Virus record (IMG/VR): IMGVR_UViG_3300025913_000021
Span: 1 to 64,000 of that record
DNA length: 64,000 nt
Strand: one strand, 5' to 3'
Origin: a virus
Positions 28,782 to 38,722 of this stretch are shown here, one piece after another (within the stretch, counting starts at the first letter, position 1; the number at the start of each line of letters is the position of its first letter). The position numbers and the translations under genes were made by a program. The notes under the pieces are model-generated. The model saw only the letters and a list, made by a program, of their open reading frames with translations, was not told the origin of the DNA and made no database searches.

Positions 28782-29444
28782 ATGTCCAGCAACACCACCA
28801 CCACGCCCGCCCGCCCGACCGTGCGTCAGGCGCTCGACGAGATCGCGGCCGTCCGCGCCGAGATCGCCGCCTTCCGGGGCGACCTGGCCACCGTGGCGGG
28901 CGCGGTCACCAGCGTGGCCGAGATCGTCGCCCGCTCGCAGGCGTTCGCCCCTGCGGCCGTGGCCGAGGCCACCGTGACGGCGATCGGCGACGCGCCGAGC
29001 GCCAAGCCCGCCCGCAAGAGCGCGCCGCGCAAGGCCGCTGCCAGCAAGGCCACCAGCAAGCCCGCCCGCAAGGCGACCGTGCAGGAGGCCGCGCAGGCGA
29101 CCGTGCAGGGGCTGCCCACGATCGACGAGGCTCGTGCGCTCGTGGACGCGGGCGGGGACGCCTGGAAGATCCGCGTGCTCAGCACCGAGGGCAACCCGAT
29201 CCCGTTCGGGCTCGTGCTGCGCGCCGAGAAGGCCGCTGCGCGCAAGGCCGCGCCTGCGCCCAAGGCCCCGGCCAAGAAGGCTCCGGCCAAGGCGCGCAAG
29301 GGCAAGGCCGCGCAGGTGAGCGCCGAGGACGCCAAGCGCGTGTTCGTGCTCGGCGGCAAGGATCTGGCCGCGCTCGCGGCCAAGGGTGACGCGGCTGCGC
29401 AGGCGGAGATCGACCGCCGCGCCGCCAAGCGCACCGCCAAGTAG
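28782..29444 (+). CDS. Ala/Lys-rich histone-like protein
   Basis: KPARK / KAPAKK repeats; AGGAGG RBS. Confidence 0.7.
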   Translation: MSSNTTTTPARPTVRQALDEIAAVRAEIAAFRGDLATVAGAVTSVAEIVARSQAFAPAAVAEATVTAIGDAPSAKPARKSAPRKAAASKATSKPARKATVQEAAQATVQGLPTIDEARALVDAGGDAWKIRVLSTEGNPIPFGLVLRAEKAAARKAAPAPKAPAKKAPAKARKGKAAQVSAEDAKRVFVLGGKDLAALAAKGDAAAQAEIDRRAAKRTAK

Positions 29445-29702
29445 CCCGATCCGGGTTGCGCTCCAGCGCGCAGGCGTCCACACGGGCGTCTGCGCGCTGG
29501 CTGAGCTGCCCGGCTCACCCACACCCCCGAGAGAGGACACCACCATGAGCGACACCCTGCGCCTGGCCACGATCGTGCCCGACGGCGTGTACGACGACGG
29601 CATCCACCAGCCGCGCGAGCACACGGTCCCGTGCGCGATCTGCCACCGCCCGACCTGGAACCACAACGCGCACTGCAACGCGCACCAGCCCGTGAGTGCG
29701 AA

Positions 29703-30104
29703 ATGAGCGTGTGGCTGCACGACTGCGAATCGTGCGAGTTCCTGGGAACCGTGAACATCGACGGCCGAACGTTCGACCTCTACACGTGCGCGCAGGGCGG
29801 GCTCGGGCGCACGTTCATCGCCCGCTACGGCGACGACGGTCCCGACTACTCGTCGGGGCTCAACTTCCCGAACGTGCCCGCGCTCAACGCTGCAATGGCG
29901 CTGCACCCGGTCGGGCGTGAGCTGATCGGGCTCAACGCGCGGCTGGACGCCTTGCAAGCTGCGATGCGCGCGACGAGCGCGCAGTGGCGCGCAACGCCTC
30001 GTGCCGACCGCGATCGGCGTGAGGCGCTCAACGTGCAGCGCGAGCAGCTCGACACGCTCGCGCACGAGCTTGAGCGCGAGATCGAGAAGCTCCGCAAGGT
30101 CTGA
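29703..30104 (+). CDS. Hypothetical protein
   Basis: ATGA coupled; HDCESC and a coiled-coil end. Confidence 0.6.
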   Translation: MSVWLHDCESCEFLGTVNIDGRTFDLYTCAQGGLGRTFIARYGDDGPDYSSGLNFPNVPALNAAMALHPVGRELIGLNARLDALQAAMRATSAQWRATPRADRDRREALNVQREQLDTLAHELEREIEKLRKV

Positions 30105-30612
30105 GCACTAACCAGCGCACGGCTCGCTCGTGCGTTGGCTGGGCTGCTCAGCCCGAACAAACCCCGCACGCAGGATCCGCCTGTGTGCCCATGCCCAGGA
30201 GGCAGAGAGCAATGAGCAAGAGCGACCACAGCAAGTCCCGCAAGCAGGAGCGCCCCGGCGCGATGCGCATCAACGGCGAGCTGTTCGCGGTGCCGCGCCG
30301 CTGGCACGCGGCCATGCCTGAGCGCGAGGCCATCGCCGAGAGCCTGGCCGACCACGTGACCGAGGTCGCGGTCACGCCCGAGCACGAGCCGGTGCGCTAC
30401 ACGAGCGAGACCACGCACATGGCCCCGCGCAGCCCGTTCGCGGTGCTCACGCAGCCGATCGCCGCGCCGCGCAAGCGCGTGCAGCACGTGCACAACCGCG
30501 AGCGCACGATCAGCCGCGACCTCACCCGCGCGTCGCACTCGATGGTGGACGCGGGCTGCGACGCGCCCACGCCCATGCAGATGGCCAAGGCGCGCGCCAA
30601 GGCGCTCGGGCT

Positions 30613-30981
30613 GTGACCGCCACGGTCACGTACCGCGAGGTTGCGCTCGGCGACGTGATCGTCGGGCGCGACACCGCGCGGCTGTACGAGGTGCTGTCCA
30701 TCGAGCCCGTGGGCGAGCTGCTGCGCGTGAGCACCTGGGAGGACGTGACGCGCCAGGTGCTCACGTTCGACCTGGAGCCCAACCGCACGTGCGTGGTGGA
30801 CAACGACCGGCTGACGCACTGCGAGAAGTGCAACGGCTCGGGCGTGTACGCCTGGGGCGGCACCGTCAACGGCAAGCCCGTGCACGAGGGCGAGTGCTTC
30901 CGCTGCGGTGGCAAGGGCAAGCAGGACGCGGCCGACCGCAAGCGCAACCACAACTACGACCGCTACGGCATCCGCCTGTAG
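30613..30981 (+). CDS. DnaJ-type (CxxCxGxG)2 zinc-finger protein
   Basis: CEKCNGSG and CFRCGGKG. Confidence 0.75.
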   Translation: MTATVTYREVALGDVIVGRDTARLYEVLSIEPVGELLRVSTWEDVTRQVLTFDLEPNRTCVVDNDRLTHCEKCNGSGVYAWGGTVNGKPVHEGECFRCGGKGKQDAADRKRNHNYDRYGIRL

Positions 30982-31020
30982 CGCAAACGGACGCACGTCC
31001 GAATCGAAGGGAGCAAGATC

Positions 31021-31443
31021 ATGATGCACATGCGTGGCGGAGGAGGTGGGCACGGGATCGAGGGCATGACGCCCCCGATCGGCCCGATCGCCAGCGCGTC
31101 GAGCATCGGCGCGTTCCTCGCGTTCGTCGCCCTGGTCGTCAAGCACCCGCGTGTCGCGTTCAACTGCGCGCTCACGGGGCTGGGTGTCGCCTGGCTGTTC
31201 GCGCTGTTCGGCGCGGGCACGGGCGGCACGGGCGTGAGCAACAGCGTGTTCACGTTCGTGCTCGTGATCGTCCTGGGCTGCCTGCTCGGCGACGGCAAGA
31301 GCTACTGGCGCAGGCCCGACAAGCCTGCGCGTGTCCAACCGCCTGTCATCGACCCGGTGACCAGGCCCGACCGCATCACCACCAACCACATGCTCGCGTA
31401 CGCAACCGCGATGACGAGCCAATCGAAGGGAAATGACCGATGA
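31021..31443 (+). CDS. Membrane protein
   Basis: Three hydrophobic segments. Confidence 0.6.
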   Translation: MMHMRGGGGGHGIEGMTPPIGPIASASSIGAFLAFVALVVKHPRVAFNCALTGLGVAWLFALFGAGTGGTGVSNSVFTFVLVIVLGCLLGDGKSYWRRPDKPARVQPPVIDPVTRPDRITTNHMLAYATAMTSQSKGNDR

Positions 31444-32558
31444 CCGCCACGACCGCAGTGTTGCTGCCCGTGCAGAAGAAGCGCGTACGCGCCGCGATCA
31501 TGAACGCGCTGGGACGCCACGGCGTCAGCCAGCAGACCGCCGAGTCGATCTGGACGGACCTGACCACGGGCAACGACCCGCGTCCGGCCAACCTGCCCGA
31601 GAGCTTCCACTATCGGGGCATCGCGCTCATGTGGCCGAACGGGCGTCACCTGCGCCCGGTGCGCAACGACGAGATCAAGTCGCTCAACGCCGCGCTCTCG
31701 TCCGCAGGCGTGCGCAAGAGCAGCGGCAAGCTGCTCGACCAGGACGACAACGCCGCTGGTGCGCGCGCTGCGTACACGTTCCTGTGGACGCACAAGAACG
31801 GCACGCCGAGCACCGAGTACGGGCCGTACAACCCCGAGCCGGTGCGTGCGGCCAAGCTGCGTGCCCTGGTGGAGGAGGCCACCGAGGCTCGCGAGATCGC
31901 CAACGCGCCGATCATCGTGGACGCGCCCGAGCCCGTGTGGGACGAGGACGTGCCGCTGCTGACCGGTCACGACACGTGCACGAGCACGAGCCCGAAGGGC
32001 AAGGCGTGCACCCTGGTCGGCACCCACGACGGCCAGCACGCCAACGGCAGCACGCGCTGGGGCAAGCGTGACCGCGTGTACGTCGAGCCGGTGGCTGAGC
32101 CGGTGCTGGCCACGTGCGGCGTGGCTGGTCCGTTCGAGGGTGTCGCGTGCGAGCGCGAGGCGCACGAGGACGACCAGCACAACGGCAACGGCTACGCCTG
32201 GACGGGCGTGAGCGAGCCCGTGAGCGTGCCGGAGCCGGTGGCCGAGGTCATCGCCTGCCCGTTCGAGCGGGACGAGTGCCTGGCCATGCAAGAGGGCGGC
32301 GAGGGTGCGTGCGACGAGCACCCGATGCCCACGCGGCTGGAGATCCTCTCGGCTGCGATGACGGCCGGGCGCAAGTCGCCCGCACGGGCCAAGGCGAAGG
32401 CTGCCAAGGCCAAGGCCAAGGAACGGACGAACGTCCAAATCGTCACCACGCCTGAGCGCGTGGCCACGGCACAGGCCGTGCCGCTGGAGGCGACCACGGA
32501 CGTGGACGCGCTGCTCGCCGAGCTGCGTGAGCTGAGCATCCGATTGGAGGGCAAGTGA
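31440..32558 (+). CDS. Hypothetical protein with Cys/His clusters
   Basis: 372 aa, coupled. Confidence 0.7.
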   Translation: MTATTAVLLPVQKKRVRAAIMNALGRHGVSQQTAESIWTDLTTGNDPRPANLPESFHYRGIALMWPNGRHLRPVRNDEIKSLNAALSSAGVRKSSGKLLDQDDNAAGARAAYTFLWTHKNGTPSTEYGPYNPEPVRAAKLRALVEEATEAREIANAPIIVDAPEPVWDEDVPLLTGHDTCTSTSPKGKACTLVGTHDGQHANGSTRWGKRDRVYVEPVAEPVLATCGVAGPFEGVACEREAHEDDQHNGNGYAWTGVSEPVSVPEPVAEVIACPFERDECLAMQEGGEGACDEHPMPTRLEILSAAMTAGRKSPARAKAKAAKAKAKERTNVQIVTTPERVATAQAVPLEATTDVDALLAELRELSIRLEGK

Positions 32559-33031
32559 CTCAGCAGATGATCGACCCCGCCCTTTCGCAGACGCTGATCG
32601 CGGCTGCGTGCGGGACGGGCAACCCACCCACCAGCGACACGCCGGAGGCTCCGGCGACAAACGATCATGCCGAGGCGCTCGCAGAGATCCTGCGCAAGGC
32701 CAAGGGCGTGCGCAGCACGGGCGAGAAGCTCGTGGATGCGTACGTGGATCGGCTCTGGTCCGAGCGCAAGCTGAGCAAGATCGAGGCTGCGCGCATGGGC
32801 CTGGTCGCGGGTGAGCACAACCCCGAGGTCTGGAAGCAACTCCAGACCCTGCGCGGCGAGCTGAAAGCAGCCGTGCGCAAGGACGCGCGTGCTCACGCGC
32901 ACGTCGCACCGAAGATCGCGGCCAGCACGAAGGTGCGCAAGGACGGCCGCACGCCGGAGCTGGATGCGTTCCTGCTCCAACACGCCGATGACCAAGGCGT
33001 GCAACAGCTCGCGCAACTGCTCGGGCTCTGA
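32555..33031 (+). CDS. Hypothetical protein
   Basis: 158 aa, GTGA coupled. Confidence 0.65.
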   Translation: MTQQMIDPALSQTLIAAACGTGNPPTSDTPEAPATNDHAEALAEILRKAKGVRSTGEKLVDAYVDRLWSERKLSKIEAARMGLVAGEHNPEVWKQLQTLRGELKAAVRKDARAHAHVAPKIAASTKVRKDGRTPELDAFLLQHADDQGVQQLAQLLGL

Positions 33032-33050
33032 CACACGGGAAGGCACGCAA

Positions 33051-34415
33051 GTGAACGACACCATCGAGATCGACAACGAACTCGACGAACTCGCACGAGC
33101 GCTCGACGAGCTGGACGCGCAGGTCGCAACCGCGACTGTCGTCGAGGCTGAGGTCGAGGGCACCACCGACGACGACTACCTCGCACGGCTGGACCTGGAC
33201 GCGATCCTGGGTGGCGCGCTGCTGCTCAAGGGCGACCAGACGGCACGCACGTTCGTGAAGTCGAAGGAGATTTACCGCAACCCGGACGTGCTCGCGGCCG
33301 AGCGCGCTGCACGTGAGCGCAACCGCGACAAGCTGCGCAAGCGCATCGCTCGCCAGCGCGTGAAGCGGGCTGCGTTCGACAAGGAGCGCGAGGCCAAGCC
33401 GATCGACCAGGCGCGCATGAGCGCGTGCCTCCAGATGCTCGGCAACCTCTCGCACGTGATCGCGGACCTGACCATGCAGCGGTACAACCGGTTCCGCCGC
33501 ACGCTCGGGGACGTGATGGTCGAGGACATCGCGCAGGACGCGATCATCGCCATTGCCGAGGCCATGTCGCGCTCGGACACGGACCTGAGCGCGTACGCCG
33601 CGTGCTGCCTGTGGCTCAAGCGTGCGCCGCAACCGTTCGTGGCTGCCGACGGGCCGGAGGGCACGGGGCGACTGCTGGGCACGATCATCCGCGTGATCGG
33701 CACGACGATCATCGCGGTCTACCGCAAGTCCACGATCAAGACGTGGACGCTCGCGGTCGGACCCGAGGGCAAGGACGTGTGGGTGCGTCGCGACACGACG
33801 ATCGAGAGCCTCGACAAGCTCGCGACCATCGCGGCCAACACGTACACGGACGTGGACACGCTGATCGCCAAGCACAAGGCGAGCGGCAAGCCCAAGCAGA
33901 AGTCCACGCCCCCGGGCATGCGCGAGAAGCGCCTGTTCGCACGTGCGGTGATCGACTCGGCGATCGAGGCGCGTGGACTCGGCTGGCTGGCGACGATGCT
34001 CCTGGACGACGACCGCAGGCGCACGGACGGCAGCTTCAAGTGGACCGAGAACGCGGACACGGTGTGGGCTGGCTTCGGCTTCCCGCCGATGACCGTGGAC
34101 AGCCCGCGCCTGCGCGCTGACTTCGCACGTCAGGCGGTCAAGCTCGCGTTCGCGGACATGCCCGCGATCGTCAGCGAGGTCTACGGGCTGATCGACTCGC
34201 CCGAGCTGATGTGGTTCATCGACGTGTTCGGCGACAACGCCGCGCACGTGGTGGCGGGCAAGATCATCGCCAACCGCGCCAACCAGGAGCACCAGTGGGC
34301 GATCGACGGTGGGCGCTCGCTGGAGATGACCATGCGCATGATCGAGGACCCGGCCTACCGGCAGGACTCGCTCGCATGCATCATCGCGGCCGAGTTGGAC
34401 GATGACGACGAGTGA
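33051..34415 (+). CDS. Hypothetical protein with a weak sigma-70 region-2-like segment
   Basis: About 454 aa; VEDIAQDAIIAIAE resembles the sigma EDLxQE motif. Confidence 0.5.
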   Translation: MNDTIEIDNELDELARALDELDAQVATATVVEAEVEGTTDDDYLARLDLDAILGGALLLKGDQTARTFVKSKEIYRNPDVLAAERAARERNRDKLRKRIARQRVKRAAFDKEREAKPIDQARMSACLQMLGNLSHVIADLTMQRYNRFRRTLGDVMVEDIAQDAIIAIAEAMSRSDTDLSAYAACCLWLKRAPQPFVAADGPEGTGRLLGTIIRVIGTTIIAVYRKSTIKTWTLAVGPEGKDVWVRRDTTIESLDKLATIAANTYTDVDTLIAKHKASGKPKQKSTPPGMREKRLFARAVIDSAIEARGLGWLATMLLDDDRRRTDGSFKWTENADTVWAGFGFPPMTVDSPRLRADFARQAVKLAFADMPAIVSEVYGLIDSPELMWFIDVFGDNAAHVVAGKIIANRANQEHQWAIDGGRSLEMTMRMIEDPAYRQDSLACIIAAELDDDDE

Positions 34416-34591
34416 GCCCGTGGGTCGCGTCGTACCGCACGTGTGCCTGGTGTGGTCGCCAGTGCACCGTGCGGGACGACGAATGGGTGCACGTCCTGGA
34501 CAACGACCGCAGGTGTTGGCCCAACGTCCACACGACGGGCGAGTACGTGCGGTTCGCCACTCCGGAGTACCTGATCCGCGAGGAGCCTTAG
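34412..34591 (+). CDS. Small Cys/His protein with tag YLIREEP* (not in the ORF track)
   Basis: Manual translation MSPWVASYRTCAWCG...ATPEYLIREEP; GTGA coupled. Confidence 0.7.
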   Translation: MSPWVASYRTCAWCGRQCTVRDDEWVHVLDNDRRCWPNVHTTGEYVRFATPEYLIREEP

Positions 34592-34938
34592 AGCGAGTCG
34601 TACCAGTCGAGAAACCGACGCGCGTCCGTAGCGCGTCGGTTTCCCAACCACGGAAGGAGGTCGCGAATCACATGCGCGATGTCATCACGACGACGCACGA
34701 CCCAAACCCACTGCGGCTTCCATCCCACCTGCCGACGCGGGAGCGCGTAGACGTAGCCAACCCCGGCGATCTCGTGCGCACGACGCACGGTGTCCTCGTC
34801 GGTCATCGGCAGGCGCAGGTGATAGCTCACCGAGCCATTGCGCGCGTCTGTCTGGCGATACAGGGTGCCTTCACCTTCGTACAGCCCGGCAAGCCAAGCG
34901 CACTGCGCGTCACGCGTCAGGCGTGCGGGTCGCGTCAC
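34588..34938 (-). CDS. Single-motif LAGLIDADG homing endonuclease
   Basis: AWLAGLYEGEG...MTDEDTVRR...KPQWVW...LLPWL; opposite to the flanking genes. Confidence 0.8.
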   Translation of the reverse strand: MTRPARLTRDAQCAWLAGLYEGEGTLYRQTDARNGSVSYHLRLPMTDEDTVRRAHEIAGVGYVYALPRRQVGWKPQWVWVVRRRDDIAHVIRDLLPWLGNRRATDARRFLDWYDSL

Positions 34939-35144
34939 GCGTCACACGTTACGCGACGTTACGCGGCGCATCACGTGACGACTCGACGGGACAGCCGGAC
35001 AGTTTCGCTATTACCCAGTGTCAGCCCAGCAACCCGCTGGGTACGCCGCACGCACCGTGCACGACGCACGGTGTGAGCGATCCATCCACCACGACGCGCA
35101 AGGCGCGCGTCAGGGCCTGGTGCCCATCACACGAGGAGGCGCAC

Positions 35145-35540
35145 ATGAGCGCATCGAACCCGACCAAGGCCGAACTCGCGGCGTTGGTCGCCCAGCAGGC
35201 GCAGGCCATCGCGGAGCTGCGTGGCCAGCTCGCCACGCCCGCCGCCGTCGCCGAGGTCGCCGCCGCCGCGACCGAGGTCGTCAAGCCCGAGAGCGCGAGC
35301 GACAAGCTCAAGGCGTTCGTCGAGAGCAACGGCCACCTGTTCGCGCGGGGCGGTCGCACGATCTGGACCATCGCGAACCTCAAGGCCGCGACCAAGGTGC
35401 TCCAGACCGGCGAGCCCACGATCCTGCCCGTCGAGGGCCTCGGCTCGCTCGCCAAGCGCGGCGTGTCCGGCATCGCGGTCGGCCGCGCGGACGACGGCAA
35501 GTCGATCATCACGCAGAACGTCTACACGCCCGAGGTCTGA
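35145..35540 (+). CDS. Hypothetical protein
   Basis: GAGGAGG RBS; strong codon bias. Confidence 0.7.
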   Translation: MSASNPTKAELAALVAQQAQAIAELRGQLATPAAVAEVAAAATEVVKPESASDKLKAFVESNGHLFARGGRTIWTIANLKAATKVLQTGEPTILPVEGLGSLAKRGVSGIAVGRADDGKSIITQNVYTPEV

Positions 35541-35816
35541 GCGTGTACGTGCTGCTCTCGTGGTGGTACCAGATGCGCGGCCGCAACGCCGACTGGTAGC
35601 CACCACGGCGCGCAGGTGACCCATGTGGCTGCGCACAACCGGACCGGGTGACCGTCACTAGCCCGTGTCCACCTCAACGCAACGCGCGCACGCGCGTACG
35701 GCACGAACTGCTTTTCCCGCCCAGGTACGAACTACGCGGCCCTGAGCGGTGATGGACGTTCGTCCAAATCTGTGCTGGCCGTGGTCGGTCTGTCGGGATC
35801 ACCACGGCCAGCGCGT

Positions 35817-35864
35817 AGGCCGGAGAGTGCACGCTTCGCGCGTGTGCTTTCCGGCCTTTTTTTT
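35817..35864 (+). terminator. Strong intrinsic terminator
   Basis: Long GC stem followed by a T8 run. Confidence 0.85.
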
Positions 35865-36239
35865 GTGCCTTTTTCCGGGCGCGCGAACGCGTCCGGGAGG
35901 TCGTTCCCAAAATGCCCTATAGGCGATTTTCCTAGGGGCCCGACCCGACCGGAGGAGATCCTATGGCCTTCTATCAGACGCTCGGCGAGTTGGTCGAGGC
36001 GATCAAGCACAAGCGCGAGGTCGAGGTCGTCGCGATGATCGACAACGACAACGTGACGTTCTACTCGCGCCAGGACGACTACTCGCGCGACCTGCTCGAA
36101 CTGCACCCGTACGACCTGCAACAGCAGGCGCTTACGCTCCTGGGCATCGAGAGCGAAAGCGTCTGATGGCCGCGTGCCGCTGCTACGAGGGCGGCTACTA
36201 CACATCCTGCCCAGTGCACCGCGAACGAAAGGAACGTCC

Positions 36240-36794
36240 ATGCCCATCACGCGCATCGTCAGCTTCGAACTCAAGCCGAACGACGAGATCGAACTCGCCT
36301 TCGGTCACGGCACCACGAACGTAGTCACCCGCCAGGGCTTGAGCGACATGTACCAGCTCAAGCTGATCTTCGTGGTCACCATCGAGCCCACGGGCGGCGA
36401 GGGTGGCGTCGGCGGCTTCGAGTGGCGCACCGAGTACCGCGCTGCCGAGGAGTTCTACGTCGGGCTCGTGCAGGATCTCCAGCGCTTGCACGACCCGAAC
36501 CTGCTCACGCTGTGGGCATGCCTGGTGCCCGACTCGCTCGTGCCCGAGGAGATCAGCAACTACGTGGACGACGGGTTCATCACCAACGACCCGGAGACCG
36601 CCGTGCCGTACGTCAAGAAGATCAACGAGACGGTCACCGAGCCTCCGCACGTGGTCATGGTCGGCAACCCGATCGACGGCATTGAGCTGTTCGGCCCGTT
36701 CGGCACGGGCGCGGAGGCGACCGAGTACGCCGAGCAGCAGCGCTTCCAGAGCGACTGGTGGGTCGCGCCGATCACCCGCCCGGCCGAGTCGTGA
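36240..36794 (+). CDS. Hypothetical protein
   Basis: AAAGGA RBS. Confidence 0.65.
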   Translation: MPITRIVSFELKPNDEIELAFGHGTTNVVTRQGLSDMYQLKLIFVVTIEPTGGEGGVGGFEWRTEYRAAEEFYVGLVQDLQRLHDPNLLTLWACLVPDSLVPEEISNYVDDGFITNDPETAVPYVKKINETVTEPPHVVMVGNPIDGIELFGPFGTGAEATEYAEQQRFQSDWWVAPITRPAES

Positions 36795-36941
36795 AGGCGT
36801 TCGCCTGGGGTATCGCGCTCGGATTCGTGTTCGGCGCGTCGTTCTGGCCCCTGTTCTACATCCTCGGCGGCAATGGCTCGTGAGCGACCCCAACACCCAA
36901 TAACCCACGAGAGCACCGCTCTCAGTCCCAGGAGGACAGCA

Positions 36942-37421
36942 ATGCAGATCACCGGAGTGACCCCTAGCCAGCTCGCGTTCGCCGTCAACTGGGCGAACGA
37001 GCAGCGCTACGAGGGCAACCTCGCCATCGCCGAGATCACCGACCACCACGGCGTGCGTCGGCCGCGCCTGACCGCGCGCATCGGCACGCACGAGGGCAAG
37101 GGTGAGGGTCGTGACCCCGCAATCGGCGCTCGCAAGTCGTCGTCGGGTCGCCGTGGCCCGTGGGCGTGCTGGCACGCCATCCGCGACGTGCTCAACGTGA
37201 TGTTCGAGCAGGTGCCGGACGCCGTGGTCATCGCGGGCATCCACTGGCGCGTGAAGTACGAGGGACTCGACGGCTTCCGCGAGGTCTACCCCGAGACCGC
37301 GTACAAGAACGTCGGCTCGATGATCGAGTTCACGACGATGCCGGATCTATGCGTGTGTACCGACTGGCGACGTGAGGCGCTCAGCGCGCCGCCCGCCTAC
37401 GTCATCACCTTCCCGGTCTGA
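36942..37421 (+). CDS. Hypothetical protein with degenerate tag YVITFPV*
   Basis: AGGAGG RBS. Confidence 0.7.
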   Translation: MQITGVTPSQLAFAVNWANEQRYEGNLAIAEITDHHGVRRPRLTARIGTHEGKGEGRDPAIGARKSSSGRRGPWACWHAIRDVLNVMFEQVPDAVVIAGIHWRVKYEGLDGFREVYPETAYKNVGSMIEFTTMPDLCVCTDWRREALSAPPAYVITFPV

Positions 37422-37430
37422 GGAGGAGCC

Positions 37431-38111
37431 GTGAGCTACTGGGCAGGGGTCAGTAACCGTCCACCCAACACGTTCCAGGGCCGCACGTACGCCGCTGCCA
37501 AGGAGTATTTGGACGGGGGTCTGAATCCGAAGAACCGGCGTGTCGGCAAGACGAGCTACCTGGCCATGCAGCCGGACGACTCGATCTCGCTGGTGCTGCA
37601 CCGCACGAGCGTGGTGACGTACATGCCGGACGGGACGTTCATCCTCGACCACGGCGGCTTCCGCACCGTGACCACGCAGACGTGGATCAACACGTTCTCG
37701 CCCTTCTACGTCGGCTCGACGCACGACCGCAAGAACAAGGGCTGGACGGTCGGCGACACCGACGAGCTGACTCCGCCGCGCGTGCAGAAGTGCCGCACGT
37801 GCTCGGGTACCGGCTGGGATCCCTGGTGCATGGCGCAGTCGCGCAAGACGCCAGGCGGCTGGCCCAACAGCAAGATGACCAAGTGCTACCGCTGCGACGG
37901 GGCGAAGGTCGTGGACTACGGCTCGCGACCGATCCCGATCATGTTCGAGTGGCCGATCCAGTTGGCCGAGGGCGCGGAGTGGCGCAAGCCGATCGTCATC
38001 GACGACCACGTGATCCGGCACTACCCGCCGGAGTACGAGCCGTACGAGCGCTGGCGTCCGACGTACGTGATCTCGGGCTACAGCAACTCGATGCTCAAGG
38101 CGATGGCCTGA
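37431..38111 (+). CDS. Protein with a DnaJ-like zinc finger
   Basis: CRTCSGTG and CYRCDG; YVISGY near the C-terminus. Confidence 0.7.
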   Translation: MSYWAGVSNRPPNTFQGRTYAAAKEYLDGGLNPKNRRVGKTSYLAMQPDDSISLVLHRTSVVTYMPDGTFILDHGGFRTVTTQTWINTFSPFYVGSTHDRKNKGWTVGDTDELTPPRVQKCRTCSGTGWDPWCMAQSRKTPGGWPNSKMTKCYRCDGAKVVDYGSRPIPIMFEWPIQLAEGAEWRKPIVIDDHVIRHYPPEYEPYERWRPTYVISGYSNSMLKAMA

Positions 38112-38119
38112 GCATGCAC

Positions 38120-38216
38120 GGCCCAGCGGGGTTACGCTCCGCTGGTACTGGCCCGGCAAGGCAGGCATTGGGGCTTTATATCCCTAAATGCGTGGGTTCG
38201 AATCCCACCTGGGCCT
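38120..38216 (+). tRNA. Aberrant tRNA-like gene (8-nt anticodon loop, non-canonical D region)
   Basis: Acceptor GGCCCAG / CTGGGCC, T-arm GTGGG TTCGAAT CCCAC, stem TTGGGG / CCCTAA around CTTTATAT. Confidence 0.6.
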
Positions 38217-38393
38217 CCTAGCTCATGTTCCACGGATGTTCGCCGATCGAACATTCATGGTGCAATTGCTTCTCGCGTCCGTGATCGTTGTGGAGATCGC
38301 AGGCGTGGGAGTCCTGCTGCTGATAGGGCAGCGGCGGGACAGCACCACCTCGGCACGACATGGAGTCGAGCCGCAGACCCTCTGGAGGTCATC

Positions 38394-38699
38394 ATGTCCA
38401 ACACCCGCGTCGCCTACCGCTCCAGCACGGGCGCTCTCACCGGAGCCCAGCGTGCCGAGCAGCGCGAGAAGCGCATCCAGTTCGTGACGGCGCGCAACAC
38501 CGCGCTCATGGGCCAGCGCTCGCTGGCCGCGCACCGGCTCGCCGTGCTGCGCCACGACATCGCCAACGTGCACCGCGCGATCGTCAGCGGTGCCGAGCTG
38601 AGCGACGCGCAGATGGTCGAGCGCGTGCTGGAGCACGCCCGGGCCTCCGAGCGCAAGCTCGTGGACGAGATCACCCGCCTCAGCAGCAAGATCCGCTGA
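38394..38699 (+). CDS. Hypothetical coiled-coil protein
   Basis: GGAGG RBS. Confidence 0.65.
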   Translation: MSNTRVAYRSSTGALTGAQRAEQREKRIQFVTARNTALMGQRSLAAHRLAVLRHDIANVHRAIVSGAELSDAQMVERVLEHARASERKLVDEITRLSSKIR

Positions 38700-38722
38700 C
38701 CACCACCAACGAAGGGAACTAC

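Noticed and set aside
31302-34292. 996-aa minus-strand ORF, and similar long ORFs at 440-2530, 3330-4913 and 50018-52303
   Set aside because: Antisense shadows of real genes in high-GC DNA; Arg/Ala/Gly-rich with no motifs.
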